A stretch of DNA of 64,000 bases from Chrysomallon squamiferum (lineage: Eukaryota > Animalia > Mollusca). The stretch spans positions 12,152,001 to 12,216,000 of the forward strand of contig CM022673.1 of NCBI GenBank assembly GCA_012295275.1, given 5' to 3'. The notes under the pieces were generated by a model that had not been told where the DNA came from, searched no databases, and saw only the letters and a program-made list of their open reading frames with translations. Positions 63,551 to 64,000 of this stretch are shown here, in pieces; position 1 is the first letter of the stretch, and every line of letters begins with the position of its first letter. Both the position numbers and the translations under genes were made by a program.

Positions 63551-63893
63551 ATGAGGAAACTTTTCAGTCTAATTTTTCTGGTCTACGTTCTTAATTTCGT
63601 TCACGTCCGCACCGCGTGTCCTCATCTAGAGGCCGGTCTGGTGAAGTGGAGTGATGCATCCACGTGGACATCAAAGCCAGTTAAAGGGTCTCGTATAACA
63701 ATTTCTAAGAAAATTCTGCTAGACGAGTCCCCACCCAGTCTTGGTAGCATCACCATAGCGCCCGGGGGCGCGCTTGTCTGGGCAGACTCGAACAACATCA
63801 CGTTGACAGCGAGCTACATTCTGGTTAGTGGACGATTTCAGATCGGGAGCGAGTCTTGCAAGTTCTCCAAAAAAGCGAAAATTGTGCTTACAG
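63551..63893 (+). CDS. Secreted G8-domain protein, CEMIP/TMEM2 (cell-surface hyaluronidase)-like, first coding exon; gene continues beyond the window
   Basis: Signal peptide MRKLFSLIFLVYVLNFVHVRTA, then CPHLEAGLVKWS...KILLDESPPSLGSITIAPGGALVWAD...LTASYILVSGRFQIGSESCKFSKKAKIVLTG, the G8-domain pattern. Donor CAG|GTAAT at 63893. Confidence 0.82.
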
Positions 63894-63904
63894 GTAATTG
63901 ATTT

Positions 63905-63935
<31 letters not shown>

Positions 63936-64000
63936 TTATTAAAACATCTTTACGTTTATCTTTAAAGTCAAACACCAGTAGCCTAAGTATAATTTGTATA

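Overview
AT-rich, microsatellite-rich, intron-containing animal genomic DNA; probably a lophotrochozoan such as a mollusc, though the taxon is inference only. Six spliced protein-coding genes can be built from GT-AG junctions and recognisable peptides: FICD (minus, 5' two exons, runs off the left edge) head-to-head with DDX51 (plus, 16 exons); TAF8 (minus, 6 exons); GBE1 (minus, 15 exons, including a U12 minor-spliceosome intron); PTDSS2 (plus, 11 coding exons); and the first exon of a secreted G8-domain CEMIP/TMEM2-like gene at the right edge. Mobile DNA comprises a 2.8-kb Sola2-like element with ~620-bp inverted arms and a TTAT target duplication in DDX51 intron 5, a pogo/Tigger-like non-autonomous element in a TAF8 intron, and a decayed Tc1 transposase. 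The GBE1-PTDSS2 interval holds decayed coding-like fragments and a spliced-looking divergent transcript. The most unusual signals are degenerate tandem arrays that copy exon ends together with their splice sites in two unrelated genes, the rearranged fold-back Sola2 element, a CpG-rich last exon of PTDSS2, and several structured-RNA candidates. No clearly novel multi-gene system could be established from the sequence alone. All coordinates were read by eye and may be off by a few bases.
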